A stretch of DNA of 64,000 nt. Origin: an uncultured Thermoleophilia bacterium (lineage in GTDB: Bacteria; Actinomycetota; Thermoleophilia; UBA2241). Of this stretch, positions 39,248 through 47,852 are shown one piece after another. Location: assembly GCA_963702475.1 (NCBI GenBank), contig CAVPCT010000006.1, forward strand, positions 96,001-160,000, written 5' to 3'. The notes under the pieces are model-generated. The model ran no database searches. It worked only from the letters and a program-made list of their open reading frames with translations, and had not been told where the DNA came from. Position 1 is the first letter of the stretch. Each line of letters opens with the position of its first letter. Position numbers and translations under genes: made by a program.

Positions 39248-41167
39248 TCATATGCAGTCAAAGAGCGAGTAGGCCTCTTCTCCGGCCGCGGCCTGGCCGC
39301 CGCAGCCGGCGGCGCAGCCTTCGCCCAGCGTGGCGCCGTCCCCCGGCTGCCCGGCCGCCAGCTCCTGAAAGATCGGCCGCACCAGCTCGCAGTACGGGAA
39401 GGCGGCGGCGTAGCCGGCGGGCTCATCGTGGGCGCGGGCGGCGTAGTGCGCCTGCACCCAGCACTCGCCGCCGCAGGCGTCCACGACGGGGCAGGCGGCG
39501 CACTCGGCCCTGTCGCGGGCGCGCGCGGCGCGCAGCAGCCGCAGGCTGCTGGACGTGCGCCAGATGCGCTCGACGCTCTGTTCGCGCACCGAGCCGGCGA
39601 CGAACGCCGGGTCTCCGGCGGTGATCACACAGGCGTGCACGTTGCCGTACGGGTCGACGGCCAGGTCACGGCAGCCGGCCGCGCAGAGGTCGTTGCGGGC
39701 GCCGAGCCGGCGACGCCAGCTCGGCAGGTTGTCGACGGTGAGGCCGATCTGCGCCGCGAGGGCGACCAGCGCGCGCACGGCGGCCAGCAGCTCGTCCCCG
39801 CGCGGCACGAGCGCCATGTCGTCCGGCAGGCCGCCGTGCTGGTGCGGCAGGATCAGGTGGAGCCGGCCTACGCCGGCGGCGCGCAGCTCGCGGGCGAGCT
39901 GCGGCAGGCCGGCCAAAGCCGGCCGCACGAGCACCGTGTTCGCCACGGGCTCCAGGCCCACGGCCTGCAGCGTGGCGATGGACTCCATCACCTCGTCGTA
40001 GCTGCCGGGGCCGCGCAGGTCGTCGTTGATCTCGCGTGGCCCGTCGATGCTCGCCAGCGGCGTCAGGCGCCCGCGGCCGGCCTTCGCCAGCGCGGCCGCG
40101 GTCCTCTCGTCGATGAGGCTGTTGAAGAAGAACCTGCAGCCTCCATCGAGGCGGCCGGTGATGTGGTCGACGAGCGCGACGAAGTCGGGGCGGAGCAGCG
40201 GGTCGCCGCCGATGAACACGAAGCTCCGCGCGCCGAGCTCCGCGCACTGGCCGGCGACATCCTTCCACTCGGTGGTCGTCAGCTCGCCGGCGGCCAGGCC
40301 GGCGCCCTTGTCGTAGCAGTGACGGCAGTCGCGGGTACAGCGGTGGGTCACGTGGAGGTAGACCTCGCGCAGCGTGTCGGCCTGGACTCCGCGCAGGCCC
40401 GCTTGCCCGGCGAGCCGGGACATGAGCGCGAGGTCCTCGGCACGGTCGACATCCACCCACAGCGGAAGCTGGCGGACGCGGATCCCGGCGCCTTCTACTG
40501 CGGCCAGCGTCGCGGAGAGCAGGCCCGACGTGCTCATTGGCGAGCTTCGCAGGAGCGTGCCGAGGTCGTCACCGCGCCGGCCCCACGTGCCGGCATCGGT
40601 GCCGACGAGGTAGTAGCCGCCGTCGGCGGCGGGGCCAAGGACGAGCGCATCGTCGGACGGCTCGCCGTCCAGCAACGCCAGTCCTTGTTCCAGGTACTCC
40701 GGCGGCAGCGAGGGACTGTCGCTGCCCACGACGAGCACCCGGCCGGCGCCGGCGGCGAAGAGGTCGGCGAACACGGCGGCGAGGCGCTCGCCGAGCGCGC
40801 CGCCGCGCTGCGAGAGGCGCAGCCAGGGCCGCGTCCGGCCGGCGAGGGGGTCGGGGCCGCGGCCGCGCGGAGCCTCACCGGCGCCGCGGTCTTGCGCACC
40901 CGGACCGGCGCCGTCCTCGGCAAGGGCCAGCACGAGCGCGGCGCCCGGCACGCGCTCGGCCACGTCGAGCGTGCCGGTCAGAAGACGCGTGTAGATCGCG
41001 AGCGCCTGATCGTCGCCGACGCTCGTCGCCAGGCGGCGCTTGACGGCGCCGCGCACGAGCGGCCGCGCCATGACGGCGATGGCCGCCTGACCGGCCCGCA
41101 CTGCCGGGCCCGTCCCGCTCGGTCGGGCGTGGGCATCCCCGTGATGTGTGTGCGCCGGCGCAGTCAT
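39248..41167 (-). CDS. Fusion of a TIGR04282/DUF2064 (CofC-like) transferase and a radical SAM/SPASM domain; possible Sec extension to 39239
   Basis: N-terminal VKRRLA, QRG..LGERL, GSDSP, LGPA.DGGYYL, DVD..EDL; then CTRDCRHC, GGDPLL, SPASM C.AG...C...CAACPVVDACGGEC. Confidence 0.85.
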   Translation of the reverse strand: MTAPAHTHHGDAHARPSGTGPAVRAGQAAIAVMARPLVRGAVKRRLATSVGDDQALAIYTRLLTGTLDVAERVPGAALVLALAEDGAGPGAQDRGAGEAPRGRGPDPLAGRTRPWLRLSQRGGALGERLAAVFADLFAAGAGRVLVVGSDSPSLPPEYLEQGLALLDGEPSDDALVLGPAADGGYYLVGTDAGTWGRRGDDLGTLLRSSPMSTSGLLSATLAAVEGAGIRVRQLPLWVDVDRAEDLALMSRLAGQAGLRGVQADTLREVYLHVTHRCTRDCRHCYDKGAGLAAGELTTTEWKDVAGQCAELGARSFVFIGGDPLLRPDFVALVDHITGRLDGGCRFFFNSLIDERTAAALAKAGRGRLTPLASIDGPREINDDLRGPGSYDEVMESIATLQAVGLEPVANTVLVRPALAGLPQLARELRAAGVGRLHLILPHQHGGLPDDMALVPRGDELLAAVRALVALAAQIGLTVDNLPSWRRRLGARNDLCAAGCRDLAVDPYGNVHACVITAGDPAFVAGSVREQSVERIWRTSSSLRLLRAARARDRAECAACPVVDACGGECWVQAHYAARAHDEPAGYAAAFPYCELVRPIFQELAAGQPGDGATLGEGCAAGCGGQAAAGEEAYSLFDCI

Positions 41168-42402
41168 CGTCGCCCCAGTATGGTCGAGGCCAGCGCGCCG
41201 GGCCACCGCGTCGTGAACGCCTCCGGGAGCGGCGCGACCAGCGCGACGACGACCGGCAGCCATACGCCGGCCACGAGCCCGAATGCGAGCGGCGCGAGCC
41301 AGTACCAGGCGTGCACCACGGGGAGGCACGCAACGAGGATCGTGAGGGTCCACGCGAAGGTGCGCGCCGTCTCCCCGCGTCCGCGGTAGCGCCGTGAGAG
41401 CCACACCGTGCCGGCCAGGAACACGAGGAGGCAGACGAGCTGGGCCACGCGAGCCGGGGCGACGTAGGCAAGCAGCGAGAACAGCAACGCCGTCCCCGTC
41501 CACTCCGTGCCGGCGGCGGCCGCGCCGCCGAACACCCCGCCCACGCCATCGCCGGTGAGGAGATAGGGTACGCACGGGAGGACGAACCCCGGGATGAAGC
41601 CGGCGAGCAGGCGGCCGGGCCGCGCCCGGCCGCCCACCAGCGCCGGCAGGAGCAGCGCCGCCGGCGTGAGTTTGAATGCCGCCGCCAGCCCCAGAACGAC
41701 CCCGGCCTGCCAGTCGCGCCCGCGCACCAGCAGCCCGGCCGCGAGCACGGCCAGGCCTACCGCCACGATCTCGAGGTGGGCCGACTCCCACGTCTGCAGG
41801 ATCACCGCCGGGCACAGCAGGTAGAGGACGGTGGCCTGCCTTCGTCGCCGCGCGTCCGCGAGCCACCAGATGGCCGCCGCCGTGAGCAGGTCGGCGGCCC
41901 CGACGACGAGCTTCCACAGCACCACGCCGCCGCGGACGGAGTCGGCTCCGGCGGCGCCGGCCGCTCGGGCCACGCCCAGGAACAGCACCTCCGCGAGCGG
42001 CGGGTAGACGGTCCGCAGCTGCGGATGGTTGACCAGCGACCGGAGCTCCGCGGCACCGCCGCCGGTCACACCGTCCAGCCGGGGATCGGCCGGCGCGTAC
42101 AGGTACGGGTCCGCGCCGGCGCGCTGTACGTGTCCGTCCCAGAGATAACGGTACACGTCGTCGCTCAGGCTGGGCGTGCCGGGCAGAAAGACGACGCGCA
42201 GCAGCACGGCGGCGACGAGGGCGCCGCGCAGCGGCAGGCTCGTCGCCGCGGTCGCCAGCAGGCCGAAGCCGGCGAGCGACAGGCCGTAGAATGCCCACAG
42301 CCGTCCCGCGTGCAGCAGCAGCTCGCCCGACAGCGCGAGCCCGCACAGGCCGGCGGCCAGCAGAGCGAGACCAAGGTAGGCGCGCAGGCGTGGACGCTTC
42401 AT
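41164..42402 (-). CDS. Polytopic GT-C glycosyltransferase (GT87/DUF2029-like)
   Basis: LSDDVYRYLWDG, DPY...P, TVYPPLA, many TM segments, VHAWY. Confidence 0.8.
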   Translation of the reverse strand: MKRPRLRAYLGLALLAAGLCGLALSGELLLHAGRLWAFYGLSLAGFGLLATAATSLPLRGALVAAVLLRVVFLPGTPSLSDDVYRYLWDGHVQRAGADPYLYAPADPRLDGVTGGGAAELRSLVNHPQLRTVYPPLAEVLFLGVARAAGAAGADSVRGGVVLWKLVVGAADLLTAAAIWWLADARRRRQATVLYLLCPAVILQTWESAHLEIVAVGLAVLAAGLLVRGRDWQAGVVLGLAAAFKLTPAALLLPALVGGRARPGRLLAGFIPGFVLPCVPYLLTGDGVGGVFGGAAAAGTEWTGTALLFSLLAYVAPARVAQLVCLLVFLAGTVWLSRRYRGRGETARTFAWTLTILVACLPVVHAWYWLAPLAFGLVAGVWLPVVVALVAPLPEAFTTRWPGALASTILGRR

Positions 42403-43118
42403 CGGACCCAGACTACTTCATCGTCGTGCCGATGCTCGACGAGGCCGAGGCGCTGCCGGCGCTTCTCGTTGAGCTGCGCGACCTGCGGCTGCTGGACCGC
42501 ACCCTCTTCGTGGACAACGGCTCGCGGGACGGCGGACCCGACTTCGTCCGGGCCGCCGGCGCCGAGCTGCTGCGCGAGCCGCGGCGAGGCTACGGGTACC
42601 CGTGCCTCACCGGGGCGCGCGCAGCAGCGGCCCGCGGCGCCCGCGCCGTCGTCTTCATGGAGGCCGACGGCACCGACGACCCGGCGCAGGTGCCGGCCCT
42701 GGTCGGGCCGGTGCTCGCCGGCGTCGCCGACCTCGTGATCGGCTCGCGCCGCCAGGCCGTGCGCGGCGCGTCGGCCGGCCACATGCCGTGGCACCAGCGG
42801 CGCGGCAACGACTGGCTGGCCGCCAGCCTTTGGTTCTGGTTCGGCCTGCGGCTCAGCGACGACGGCCCGTTCCGCGCCGTGCGCCTGGACCTGCTGGAGC
42901 GTCTGCGCCTCGAGGAGCGCGCCTACGCCTATCCGACGGAGATGGTCGTGAAGGCGCGCCTGCTCGGCGCGCGGATCGCGGTACGCGACACCCGCTACCG
43001 CCCGCGCGCCGGCCGCTCCAAGATCGCCGGCACCTGGCGCGGCACGCTCGGTGCCGTGTGGGACATCTTCTGGTGCCTGTTCCGCCTGCGGCTGTGCGGC
43101 TTTCGCCCCGGCCCGTGA
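42390..43118 (+). CDS. GT2 glycosyltransferase (polyprenyl-phosphate sugar synthase-like)
   Basis: VP.LDEAE, VDNGS.D, RGYG, ADG..DP, GSR, GPFRA, SKI.GT..GT. Confidence 0.88.
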   Translation: MDASSDPDYFIVVPMLDEAEALPALLVELRDLRLLDRTLFVDNGSRDGGPDFVRAAGAELLREPRRGYGYPCLTGARAAAARGARAVVFMEADGTDDPAQVPALVGPVLAGVADLVIGSRRQAVRGASAGHMPWHQRRGNDWLAASLWFWFGLRLSDDGPFRAVRLDLLERLRLEERAYAYPTEMVVKARLLGARIAVRDTRYRPRAGRSKIAGTWRGTLGAVWDIFWCLFRLRLCGFRPGP

Positions 43119-43156
43119 CGGCCGTGGGGCACGGCGGCGGACAGCGCGCAGCTCCG

Positions 43157-43648
43157 TCAGTAGATAGGCAGCCGGGGGTGCGGGTTCCTCTTCGCGAACC
43201 GCGCGTCCACGCCGAGCGTCCGCCCCGCCTGTCCCAGGGCCACCGTCAGACACAGCGCGAACATGAGGAGGTACGTACCCGGCCATTCCGTCGGGATGCC
43301 GGACGTCGCCACGAGCAGGTTCAGCTGGAATCCCGCGGCCAGCAGCCCTGCCACCGGGGTGAACACCCCGAGCACCAGGAACAGGCCGAACACCACGAGT
43401 TCGATGACGAGCTGCCCGTAGGCGAACACGGCCGCGTTGGGGATGAGCACGTCGTTGAGGATGTCGGCGTAGAGGCCGACCTTCGTGGTGTCGGCGTACT
43501 TCTGCACGAACTCGGCCCAGCCGTCGGGGGAGTAGTAGCCCTTGATCAGGTTGTCGGTCCACACGGCGAGGAAGATGGCGCCCATGAGGATGCGCAGGCT
43601 GGCGAGCATCAACTCGTTGCGTGACTCGCGTGTCGCCCAGAGTCTCAC
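43157..43648 (-). CDS. DoxX/DoxD (TQO small subunit-like) membrane protein
   Basis: LRI.MG.IFL, E...GL.L.LG.FT, AGR.LG.D; GGGAGG RBS. Confidence 0.75.
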   Translation of the reverse strand: MRLWATRESRNELMLASLRILMGAIFLAVWTDNLIKGYYSPDGWAEFVQKYADTTKVGLYADILNDVLIPNAAVFAYGQLVIELVVFGLFLVLGVFTPVAGLLAAGFQLNLLVATSGIPTEWPGTYLLMFALCLTVALGQAGRTLGVDARFAKRNPHPRLPIY

Positions 43649-43758
43649 GATAGGCCTCCCGTGCCGTACCTTGTGGCGGCAGCGTACCCGGCAGGGCGGA
43701 AGCTCACGCAGCGTCCGCCGTGCGCCGTGTCGCGCCGCCGTCGCGGTGCGTCCAGTGC

Positions 43759-44025
43759 TCAGCCCCCGGCGACCGGGGTGACGAGCTCCAGGAGGTCGCC
43801 GTCGCTGAGCAGTGTGTCCTTGGCGGCGATAGGCGAGAGGTGGGCGCCGTTGAGCACGACGCTCACGAGGAGGCGGTCGTTGTAGAAAACGCGCGGGCTG
43901 TATCGCGGGCTGCGGGTGACGAGGTCGCGCAGGGCCTCGTTCACCGTGGCTCCCTCGCACTCCACGGTGGAAGGGGGCTCCGGCGAGGTCAAGATCGCGG
44001 GAAGGCTTACGCGGATGCTGGCCAA
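43759..44025 (-). CDS. MoaD/ThiS/CysO-family sulfur carrier
   Basis: 88 aa, GATV.EAL, V.LNG, L.DGD......VAGG C-terminus; TTG start. Confidence 0.85.
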   Translation of the reverse strand: MASIRVSLPAILTSPEPPSTVECEGATVNEALRDLVTRSPRYSPRVFYNDRLLVSVVLNGAHLSPIAAKDTLLSDGDLLELVTPVAGG

Positions 44026-44250
44026 GGCTTGCTCCGTTGCTCGAGAGACGTCACAGGGAAGTATGCCACGGAGGGTGGCGTCCGGCAGGAGACAGCGGGC
44101 GGCTTCGGGCTTCCCTCGAGACTGGCCGGGACGCAGGTGCCGCGGCCCTTCCGCCGGCCGTAGCCGTTGCGGCGATTGTTGACTTGCCATGTAGGGTATG
44201 TCGTGTTTTACTCTGCCCAAGGAGTCACACAGACCAAGGAGACCGACACC

Positions 44251-45198
44251 GTGAGGATCGCAGACGACATCACCGAGCTCATCGGTGGCACCCCGCTCGT
44301 GAGGCTGAGGGGTATCTCGGAGCGCTCCGGCGCCACCATCGTCGGCAAGCTGGAGACGTTCAATCCCGGCGGCAGCGTCAAGGACCGCATCGGGTTGTCG
44401 ATGCTGGACGCTGCGGAGGAGCAGGGACTGATCGCACCCGGCGCGACGACCATCGTCGAACCGACGAGCGGCAACACCGGTATCGCCCTCGCGATGGTCG
44501 CGGCCGCACGCGGCTACAAGGTGCTGCTCACCATGCCGGAGACGATGAGCGTGGAGCGCCGTAACCTGCTGCGTGCGTACGGCGCCGAGCTCGTCCTCAC
44601 GCCCGGGCCGCAGGGCATGAAGGGCGCCATCGCCCGGGCCACCGAGCTGGGGGAGGAGATCGAGGGAGCCTTCATCCCTCAGCAGTTCGAGAACCCCGCC
44701 AATCCGGAGGTCCACCGTCGCACCACGGCGGAGGAGGTCTGGAACGACACCGACGGTCAGGTGGACGTCTTCGTGGCCGGTGTCGGCACCGGCGGCACCG
44801 TGACCGGCGTGGGCCAGGCGCTCAAGGAGCGCAAGCCCGAGGTGTACGTGGCGGCGGCCGAGCCGGCCGACTCGCCGGTGCTCAGCGGCGGCGACCCGGG
44901 CCCGCACAAGATCCAGGGGATGGGCGCCGGCTTCGTGCCCAAGGTGCTCGACACCGCGGTGTACGACGAGGTGGTCAAGGTCACCAACGACCAGGCGCTC
45001 GAGTTCGCCAGGGATCTGGCCTCGGAGGGCGTGCTGGTCGGCATCAGCGCCGGCGCGAACGCCTACGCCGCGTACACGATCGGCAGCCGACCCGAGCATC
45101 GCGGCAAGCTCATCGTCACCGTGATGTGTGACACCGGCGAGCGGTATCTCTCGACTGTGCTGTTCGCGCAGCCGGAGGCGGCGCCGGTCACGCCGTGA
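44251..45198 (+). CDS. cysK: Cysteine synthase A
   Basis: [47 protein letters not shown]. Confidence 0.96.
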   Translation: MRIADDITELIGGTPLVRLRGISERSGATIVGKLETFNPGGSVKDRIGLSMLDAAEEQGLIAPGATTIVEPTSGNTGIALAMVAAARGYKVLLTMPETMSVERRNLLRAYGAELVLTPGPQGMKGAIARATELGEEIEGAFIPQQFENPANPEVHRRTTAEEVWNDTDGQVDVFVAGVGTGGTVTGVGQALKERKPEVYVAAAEPADSPVLSGGDPGPHKIQGMGAGFVPKVLDTAVYDEVVKVTNDQALEFARDLASEGVLVGISAGANAYAAYTIGSRPEHRGKLIVTVMCDTGERYLSTVLFAQPEAAPVTP

Positions 45199-45220
45199 CG
45201 GCGGCGCGCGCCTCTCACGC

Positions 45221-46357
45221 TCAGTAGCCGTGCGGCGCGGGAGCAGGGCTGCCCGCGGCCGAGAGCGCCCGCACGACCTCGCGCGTCTCGCGGGCGATCT
45301 CCAGATCCTCACGGGCCGCGATCACCACGGCGCGCGCGGCCGCGCCCGGTGCGCCGATCTCGCGGTCCGGCGGCCCGGCTTCGTTGCGTGCGGTATCCAG
45401 CTCGACGCCGAGGAACCCGAGGCCGTCGGCGGCGCGGCGGCGAACCTCCGCGCCGTTCTCGCCGACACCCCCCGTGAACACCAGTACGTCGAGCCCGCCG
45501 AGCGCAGCCGTCATGCGGGCGATGCTGCCGCGCAGCCGGTGTACGTAGACCTCGAGCGCCAGGGCGGCGTCGGCGTCGCCGGCCGCCGCCCGGTCGACCA
45601 CCTCGCGCATGTCGGGCGTCCCGGTCATCCCGACCAGGCCAGCCCCGTTCGTCAACAACGCACCCACCTCCGCGGCCGACAGCCCCAGGACTTCCTGTGC
45701 CCAGAGCAGCAGGCCAGGGTCCATGTCGCCGCAGCGGGTCGCCATCATGAGACCTTCGAGCGGGGTGTAGCCCATCGTCGTGTCCACGGAGCGGCCGTCG
45801 CGCACCGCGGCCAGCGATGCGCCGGCGCCCAGGTGGCAGGTCACGATGCGCAGGTCGCACACATCCGCACCAACCAGTTTCGCGGCGCGCCGCGATGCGT
45901 AGGCGTGCGAGAGCCCGTGGAACCCGTAGCGCCGCACGCCCCAGCGCTCGGTCCACTCCCGGGGCACCGGGTAGACCGACGCGGCCGGTGGCAGGTGCGC
46001 GTGGAAGGCGGTGTCGAAGCACGCGACTTCCGGCAGGTGCAGGAAGACACCGCGGACGGCGTGGATGCCGGCCAGTGCCTTGGGCTGGTGGAGCGGCGCC
46101 AGCGGCGTCAGCGCCGCGATGCGCTCGGTGACGGCGTCGTCGAGCAGCACGGGCTCGGAGAACTCGGCTCCGCCGTGCACGACCCGGTGACCTACGGCCT
46201 CGATGCCGCCGACCTCGTCGAGCGCACCGGCGATGACGGCCGAGTCACCCAGGCCGCGCGGCGCCGGCAGGAGGCGGTCGGCGACCAGGGTACCGTCCTC
46301 GTCGAGCACGCGCAGCTTGAGGCTGCTGGAGCCGGCGTTGACGGTGAGGACGCGCAT
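45221..46357 (-). CDS. ackA: Acetate kinase
   Basis: NAGSSSLK, GHRVVHGG, APLH, FDTAFH, RYGFHG, FTGGVGEN. Confidence 0.95.
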   Translation of the reverse strand: MRVLTVNAGSSSLKLRVLDEDGTLVADRLLPAPRGLGDSAVIAGALDEVGGIEAVGHRVVHGGAEFSEPVLLDDAVTERIAALTPLAPLHQPKALAGIHAVRGVFLHLPEVACFDTAFHAHLPPAASVYPVPREWTERWGVRRYGFHGLSHAYASRRAAKLVGADVCDLRIVTCHLGAGASLAAVRDGRSVDTTMGYTPLEGLMMATRCGDMDPGLLLWAQEVLGLSAAEVGALLTNGAGLVGMTGTPDMREVVDRAAAGDADAALALEVYVHRLRGSIARMTAALGGLDVLVFTGGVGENGAEVRRRAADGLGFLGVELDTARNEAGPPDREIGAPGAAARAVVIAAREDLEIARETREVVRALSAAGSPAPAPHGY

Positions 46358-46430
46358 CAGGGGCGGGCGGATCCGGCTCGCCGGCGTCCGCCCGGACCGC
46401 TGGCGACGGTGCGGGCTAGCGAGCCGGCGC

Positions 46431-47852
46431 TCAAGCCGCGCCTCCGGCGATCGCCTTCTCGGCGCCGGTCAGCGTCGCGTCGACGCGCGCCAGGAGGTCG
46501 TCCAGCACCTCGCGGTCCGCCACGAGCGGGGGCGAGAGCATGAGCATCGCCGGACCCCGGTCGTCGGCGCGCGTCATCAGGCCCTTCTCCTTGAGCAGCC
46601 GCGGCAGCAGCTCACGGCACACGGCCGCCTTCTCCTCGGGGTCGAACTCGCGTCCGGTCTCCCGGTCACCCATGAGTTCGAGACCGTAGAAGTAGCCGCA
46701 GCCGCGGACGTCCTTCACGATGTGGTGGCGGGCCGCGACGTCGTCCAGCCCGCCGCGGAAGTACGGCTCGAGGGCGAGGACGCGGTCGAGCACGCCCTCG
46801 TCGCGCATGGCCGTGATGTTCGCGACGGCCACCGCCGTGGAGAGCGGGTGCCCGCCCCACGTGACGCCGTGCGTGAACATACCGATCTGCGAGTCCAAGA
46901 GGCGGTCGATGAGGGGCGTCCGTACGATCATGCCGCCGAGCGGCGCGTAGGCGGAGGTCACGCCCTTGGCGAAGGTGATGAGGTCTGGCTCGGCGCCGAC
47001 TCGGTACGAGCCGAACCAGTGACCCAGCCGGCCGAAGCCGCAGATGACCTCGTCGGCGCACAGCAGTATCCCGTACTTGTCGCAGAGCCGCCGGAGCTCG
47101 GCCCAGTAGCCGTCCGGCGGCGCCATCACGCCGCCCACGTTCTGCACCGGCTCGGCGATGAGCATGGCCACCGTCTCCGGACCTTCCTCGATGATCGCCT
47201 CCTCGATGGCCCGCAGGCAGGAGAGCTCCGTCACGGGAACGTCGCCTTCGTTCTCCCAGCCGAGGGTGTTGGGCACGTGGCGGAACCACGGCAGCAGCGG
47301 CAGGAAGGGGGCGCGGAACTGGGGGATGCCGGTGGCCGACAGCGCTCCGAGCGTGGTCCCGTGGTAGGCCATGAGGCGGCTCAGGATCTTGATGCGGCCC
47401 GGCTCGCCGTTCGCCTGGTGGTACTCCCGCGCGAACTTGATGGCCGACTCGTTGGCCTCGGAGCCTGAGTTGACGAAGAACACGACCTCGAGGTCGCCAG
47501 GCGCGAGGTCGGCGATGAGAGCCGCGGCCTCGGCCGCCGGCGGGTGCGCCGAGGCCCAGTTGGTCGCGTACGAGAGCTGCTTCATCTGGCGCGCCGCGGC
47601 CTCCGCTATGTCGGCGCGCCCGTGCCCCATGTTCACGCAGAACAGACCGGAGAGGCCGTCCAGGTATCTGTTGCCGTGGTCGTCCCACAGGTAACAGCCT
47701 TCGCTGCGCTCGATCATCAGCAGCTCGGGGCTGCGCCACGCCGTGGCGCGCGTGAAGTGCTTGCCCAGGTGGGCGCGCGCCTTGTCGCGCGCGCCGCTCG
47801 ATTCCCGCCGCAGGTCTGGAGTGGAGCGGTGATCCGCAGTCTCACCGCTCAT
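46431..47852 (-). CDS. Class III aminotransferase, probable taurine:pyruvate aminotransferase
   Basis: YLDG.SGL.CVN.GHG, SGSEANE, AYHGTT, DEVICGFGRLG, FAKG.TSAY; overlaps the xsc stop. Confidence 0.85.
   Translation of the reverse strand: MSGETADHRSTPDLRRESSGARDKARAHLGKHFTRATAWRSPELLMIERSEGCYLWDDHGNRYLDGLSGLFCVNMGHGRADIAEAAARQMKQLSYATNWASAHPPAAEAAALIADLAPGDLEVVFFVNSGSEANESAIKFAREYHQANGEPGRIKILSRLMAYHGTTLGALSATGIPQFRAPFLPLLPWFRHVPNTLGWENEGDVPVTELSCLRAIEEAIIEEGPETVAMLIAEPVQNVGGVMAPPDGYWAELRRLCDKYGILLCADEVICGFGRLGHWFGSYRVGAEPDLITFAKGVTSAYAPLGGMIVRTPLIDRLLDSQIGMFTHGVTWGGHPLSTAVAVANITAMRDEGVLDRVLALEPYFRGGLDDVAARHHIVKDVRGCGYFYGLELMGDRETGREFDPEEKAAVCRELLPRLLKEKGLMTRADDRGPAMLMLSPPLVADREVLDDLLARVDATLTGAEKAIAGGAA

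Noticed and set aside
44040-44165. AGGGAA...GCCAC...CAGGAGAC fragments suggesting a cobalamin riboswitch
   Set aside because: Core elements are incomplete and wrongly spaced.
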